This document shows positions 59,151 to 64,000 of a DNA stretch of 64,000 nucleotides, piece by piece (the first letter of the stretch is position 1; every line of letters starts with the position of its first letter). Made by a program: the position numbers and the translations under genes. The stretch is from Kudoa neothunni (lineage: Eukaryota; Animalia; Cnidaria): the NCBI GenBank assembly GCA_964304625.1, contig OZ199839.1, positions 10,400,986-10,464,985 of the forward strand, given 5' to 3'. The notes under the pieces were generated by a model. The model made no database searches and was not told the DNA's origin. It worked only from the letters and a program-made list of their open reading frames with translations.

Positions 59151-59162
59151 TGCGCAAGCGCA
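59151..59162. promoter_or_regulatory. NRF1-like element upstream of DNAJA3
   Basis: TGCGCAAGCGCA, one mismatch from the NRF1 consensus YGCGCAYGCGCR, ~43 bp upstream of the ATG. Confidence 0.35.
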
Positions 59163-59204
59163 TTCATGTGAGTTTAAGTTTGGGGTGTTTGGTCGATTGA
59201 AAGC

Positions 59205-61000
59205 ATGTCTAAGTTTATTAGCTTCCATTTCCATGGAAATATTTCTAAATTAAAACTCCATCGAGAAAGTAATTTATTTACATTTTCGATAACGTTAAAA
59301 GTCAAACTGAAGATTGACACGCTATATACTTTAAATAAATGCAATATTATAGTTAAATTTTGTATTAGGTGAACTTTTATATTGGTGCCAACGAATGAAA
59401 TTTCATACAACAAGTATTTTTTTTTGATGCCAATATCAACATATTTATAGAACATTTGGCTGCTGTCTCTAATCCTTATGCTGTGCTTGGTTTAAGCAAG
59501 GGAGCCTCTTCAAAAGACATAAAAAATGCATATTACAAAGTATTCGTTGTATTCGGTTGTTATAAAAGTCGATAAGAATATTTTGTTAGTTGGTGAAAAA
59601 GTACCATCCTGATCAAAACAAATCTGAGGAAGCTGCCACCAAATTTAAAGAGATAAAAGATGCATATGAGGTGATGATGATCTGTTTCCGATTACTTCTA
59701 TATATTTACGTAGATACTTAATGACCCACAAAAGAAATCCACATACGACACAGGAGGCAACCCTTTCAACCAAGGAAGCACTTCTTACTCAAATCAAAAT
59801 TTTTATACCACAGATGGCAGCGCCAATACTAACACCAACTTTTCTGATATATTCACCAACAACGATATTTTCAGCACTCTTTTTGGGCAAGGATTCGGTC
59901 GCCAAAATTTTGACTTTAACACCACTACCCGACAAAACACTATCTATCAAGTATTGTTATCTCTCGTCTCATTATTGGTTTGCATGTTTATCAATTTTAT
60001 TGAGAAAATAAAAATTTTAGTCAGAAATTCAGGTGAACTTTTTGGACGCGGCCCGGGGAACCACGTCCAGTGTCACACTGACTATGAATGAGAATTGCAC
60101 TAGATGTCAAGGAAAACGGGCCGATCCCTCACCAGAAAGTGTTCAACAATGTACAACTTGCAAAGGAACAGGATATGTATATGTGGTTGATTTGGTGGTG
60201 TTGATGATTCTACTCTTTTTCCATCGATAGAACACCCAGAAAAGAGGAAATCTTATCGCAAGAATGCCCTGTAGTGCTTGTGGAGGTGTGGGAGAAATTA
60301 TTAAAAAGTATTGTATTTTGTGTCATGGATCTGGTGCGGTCGCCAAAACTTCCACTGTTCAAGTGCAAATACCTGCAGGTTGACTTAATAACGTGTATAT
60401 ATGTGATTGTGTTTCTATTTATAGGTATTGAAACCGGTCAAGTCATCAGACAAACAGTCAACAGCAATATTGTTGATTTCGTTGTTACTGTAACGATAAA
60501 ATTTCTTTTGCTCGAACAATATGCTTATTAACAAATTATTTAGGTTATGAAAAGTAATGATATGTGGCGTGAATTCAATGATATCCATTCTCATTTGAAT
60601 GTCGATTTTGTTCAAGTTGGATTTCTCATTAGAGTAGAGTGATGGTTGATAACAGGTTTTGTCTTTAGGCACTTTCTGGTGGAATTGTTCCTGGTAGAAC
60701 TATTCATGGAACCGAAAATGTCAAAGTAACAACAAAATTCCCCAATAATGACGATTCCTATTGTGTTGACCGTGATTAGATTTCAGCAGGTACATCCTCT
60801 CATGCCACAATCAAACTGCCTGGCAAAGGGATTTTCGGAATGAACGGTCGTCATGGAGCTCATGTTTTTCATATTAAAATCAACATCCCAAAGTATGTGC
60901 TTTTTTGATGTTGACAGTTTCATTGGTTGGTATTTTTATTTGTAGAAATTTGACTGCTACACAAAAGAAATCATTAAAAACCATAATCGGTGAAAATTAG
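59205..61000 (+). CDS. DNAJA3: Mitochondrial DnaJ/Hsp40 type A (Tid1/Mdj1), multi-exon
   Basis: Presequence ending 'KFHTT'; J-domain 'PYAVLGLSKGASSKDIKNAYYK|LVKKYHPD'; G/F region; zinc repeats CTRCQGKR, CTTCKGTG, CSACGGVG, CILCHGSG; C-terminal 'IPAG|IETGQ', 'LPGKG'; stop TAG at 60998-61000. Confidence 0.9.
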
Positions 61001-61939
61001 TTTCCCGCTCCACACTCAATGTATCAATAGTACAATTTTTCATTCATCTAATATTTAGTGAACTTTCTTTTCTAATTATGCTTTCTATTCTCTCGCATAA
61101 CTTGAGTAGGTATTTGCCGATTTGTCTTCTATTGATTGATGGGACCTGATTTTATGCTTGTATTGCACTGCCAACAAATTTGATAGATTCCCCCCTTAAA
61201 AGATAGTAGTTATACTAAAGATCTATTTAATTTCCATTTAATGTATATTTACTGCTCGGGATAGAGTTGACCGCAAAAAATTTTGTCGGAAATTATGTTG
61301 CTTTTAAATTTTATTGTATTTTTGAAGTTGTTGGCCCATTATTGTACGAATTTTAAGATAATATGATATTGTATTTAGTATTTTTTCGCATATTATGTTG
61401 ATTTTAATTAAGTTTATATGATGAAATAATATTTATCGATAAACACATTTACTCATTTGAGGCATTAAATAAAGCAGAAAATTATAATGAACCCGTCTGG
61501 CGTTAATATTGTGAGTTCTCAAAATTCATGATGGAATGTTGGTTTTTATTAGGCGGTTGAACTCGCTTCAAATACGTTTTTTGGTGCTAATTATGAAAAA
61601 GGAAGTCGGTACTTGGGAATATTATTTATTTATTTACTTATGTATGTATGTATGTATGTATGTATGGAGGGAAATTAATTAAACCCTTTCTCCAAAACAT
61701 TAAGGATATTTTTGATTTATTTTAAATCAATGTTTAATTTTGTGTCCATTAATTCGATTAGTTATAAATGATTTTTTTTATTATATTCCATGTTTGACTA
61801 CTATAAATTGTCAGTACCAAAAAAACTATTTATGAATTTATTTTAGTCGTTTTTCTAAAGTAAATAATAAGATTGGTGAATAAAAAGTTCTCAAGAAAAA
61901 CTATAGATTACGCAGAGGCAATTAATTAATCGCAATAAT

Positions 61940-62912
61940 TTTTTCTTGTTCACAAGATATAACCTCCGAAAGATTCTATTAGGCTGTGGAGTTTCGGAGG
62001 AGTAGGTTAAAGCTCAGTAAAATTAAAAATCTACGCGGCGCGTAACATGTAACCCCTCGCCATATCTTTTTGTGCTAGTGTGGGAGTCTAACTCACTAAA
62101 CATCCACAATGCCTGGACCCTGCACAATATAGCATAGTGATGTTAGGCCGAGATTGCATACCGTAAGGTTGCGAGTTCGAAATCTAGTCCGGCCATTCCT
62201 GTACTCCTAATCCGAAATTAAGTAAGAAGGCTGTAGTAATCGCAAGGATCTACAGTTTATCATGGCCTTGCTTGCAGCATGGCCTGGTGGAAGGGTAGAA
62301 CTCGGGCGCTCAGAAATGCCGTGACACAATAACGAAATAAAACCCAGTAGGGGTTTCCGCAAAGCCGACGCCCACATTCAGACGACTTACCCAGACTAAT
62401 TATGGATAAGTACAGAGTGATGGTTGCTCCGGAACGAGGATGTTTAGTGGGTTAAAATCCCCCACTACCGCATAAACTTAAGTCGCCTTAATATGACGCT
62501 GCGGTGCCTAAAGCGTAAATGGAGAAAGTCTAACCAACCTGAACTTCATAACCTAACAAGTTGCTCCTAGGATTTGCCCTTGTAAACCAAAAAAACTAAA
62601 CATCCACATCTCAGACTGATCACCACTAAAAAACTCTACACCTTTCAATTTCATGAGGAATAAAAGTTTGATCATTGTATGTCAGATTTTTATTATTTGA
62701 TACTTTTAGGATGATAAAAACAGATGAAATTCCATCCTATCCAATGGACCCCATAATGACTATCAATGCATAAAACCCACTAATTAATGTACACTTTAAT
62801 CATAGGGCCTATCGCAGAATAGAGAGCACAGTAAATCGTTGTGACGTTATCGGGAATTGAACCCACAACCTCCGGAGTAACAATCCGATTGTGAAACACA
62901 ACGAGAAGTCCC
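61940..62912 (-). mobile_element. tRNA-derived SINE, family B (tRNA-Asn-like head), split by a nested family A SINE
   Basis: Minus-strand head TCGGATTGTTACTCCGGAGGTTGTGGGTTCAATTCCC (~62852-62888); motif GGATGTTTAGTGAGTTAGACTCCCACAC; tail AACTCCACAGCCTAATA...ATCTTGTGAACAAGAAAAA. Removing the 500-bp insert leaves ~470 bp. Confidence 0.7.
62109..62594 (+). mobile_element. tRNA-derived SINE, family A copy 2
   Basis: A-box-like TAGCATAGTGA and B-box GAGTTCGAAAT; A-rich tail CTTGTAAACCAAAAAA; perfect 14-bp TSD ACTAAACATCCACA (62095-62108 and 62595-62608). Confidence 0.92.
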
Positions 62913-62924
62913 TGTCATAGATAA

Positions 62925-63382
62925 CCCTGGACAAATAACCCGATGGTGTAGTGCTGGATTCAATATCCGAAGGTATTGGGTTCAACTCTCGTTGCTAATC
63001 AATCTACTGTTTTCGTACCAGTGTCTTTATCTCGTAATAAAAATTTTTTTTAGAGTGACACTGCGCTATTATGTGCGATTTTATCTGCAGTTATAGTTCG
63101 ATCTAATAATAGAGGAAGTTGAACTGACCGTTTGAATCGCTGACCATACATTAACAGTTATGAAATCTCTGTAAAGCTTGAGAATCTAATGACAAGATTT
63201 AAGATGGCAATTACCATGGAAACACGTATGTTTTTAAGTGAAACTTTTGCACAATTGCAGATGGATAAGGAAGATGTTGCTTGTCCTGTGGTGCTTACAA
63301 CGTCAAAGGAGACGGTTTAGCCAGCCATAACTCCACAACCTAAAAAGTTGCGCCAAGGGTTTTACCTTGTAAACAAAAAAAA
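62925..63382 (+). mobile_element. tRNA-derived SINE, family C (different body, shared tail)
   Basis: Begins CCTGGACAA like family A; TGGTGTAGTG and GGTTCAACTC box-like motifs; 63285-63382 aligns with the family A tail (AACTCCACAACCTAAAAAGTTGCGCC...CTTGTAAACAAAAAAAA); degenerate TSD GTCATAGATAA/GTAATGGATAA. Confidence 0.7.
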
Positions 63383-64000
63383 GTAATGGATAATAATTGG
63401 TGAAAGTTTAAAAAACGAATTCACTTGAAAATTGAATTAGATCAAATATTTTATTTATTTTATAATTAATTTTAAATTAAAAAAATTAGTCGGTTATAAT
63501 TTCCATGAATTAGCATCTACACCTCGAAAAATTCATAGAAACAAAATTAGACAGTTACATTAAGCTACAGCCAGATTAACATAGTTTTTAAATTTAATAA
63601 TAATTTTTATTTTGATGCTCAACATTATATATTTGTTTGAAAATTCGATAAAATATAAGCGAAACTTCACTAATTGCTTGTAGAGCATAGCAACGTCAAC
63701 CATTCAATGTTATGAGGTTAATTTGACTATTTCCAAAGAAAGAATAATGGTGTGATGCTCAAAAGAGAAAAAAATTCTAAGAAACATGACAGAAAATAAA
63801 TCAATAAATTAAAAAATCCGATTCACTAACAGTTTGAACCTATTTGAACGAAAGGTCCACTGCTAACAATAATGATTCTACGAATCTATTTAAAAAGACG
63901 TGTATACTTATACTCGTTTTTTCGTTCGCTTGTGTTCAGTAGCGAGTGAGGGATTCGTTTGAATAATTGAACACATTTTTTACACCTCCATTTCGCAATA

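Noticed and set aside
62845-62990. Possible tRNA genes (also at ~31930-31985, ~37385-37450 and ~62125-62190)
   Set aside because: Box-like motifs are present but I could not fold complete cloverleaves; each is attached to a SINE body and tail.
63180-63320. Short ORF as the C-terminus of a partner LINE ORF2
   Set aside because: No convincing RT or zinc-knuckle motif; the region is better explained as the body of a tRNA-headed SINE with a degenerate TSD.

Overview
Very AT-rich (~27-28% GC by eye) eukaryotic nuclear DNA from a highly divergent animal. The metazoan-type genes (SNX27, RalGPS), mostly 30-70 nt GT-AG introns and fast-evolving proteins are consistent with a reduced parasite such as a myxozoan cnidarian; that taxonomy is inference. 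I spliced nine multi-exon genes by hand: SNX27 (+), EPC1/E(Pc) (+), RIOK2 (-), a pepsin/cathepsin D-family aspartic protease with non-canonical catalytic motifs (-), RalGPS-type RasGEF (-), ferritin (-), two tandem MEK1/2-derived pseudokinases (-) and mitochondrial DNAJA3 (+). There is also one orphan single-exon ORF. Intergenic regions and long introns carry decayed pogo/Tigger, hAT and piggyBac-type elements, a ~1.06 kb AACT/AACTAT compound satellite, and at least five tRNA-headed SINEs that share one 3' tail, three of them clustered or nested at 61.9-63.4 kb. The main leads are the catalytically dead MEK duplicate pair, the DTS/DSS aspartic protease, the modular SINE group with an insertion into its relative's conserved motif, and very relaxed splice donors. 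Reading-frame lesions in EPC1 and RalGPS may be assembly errors.
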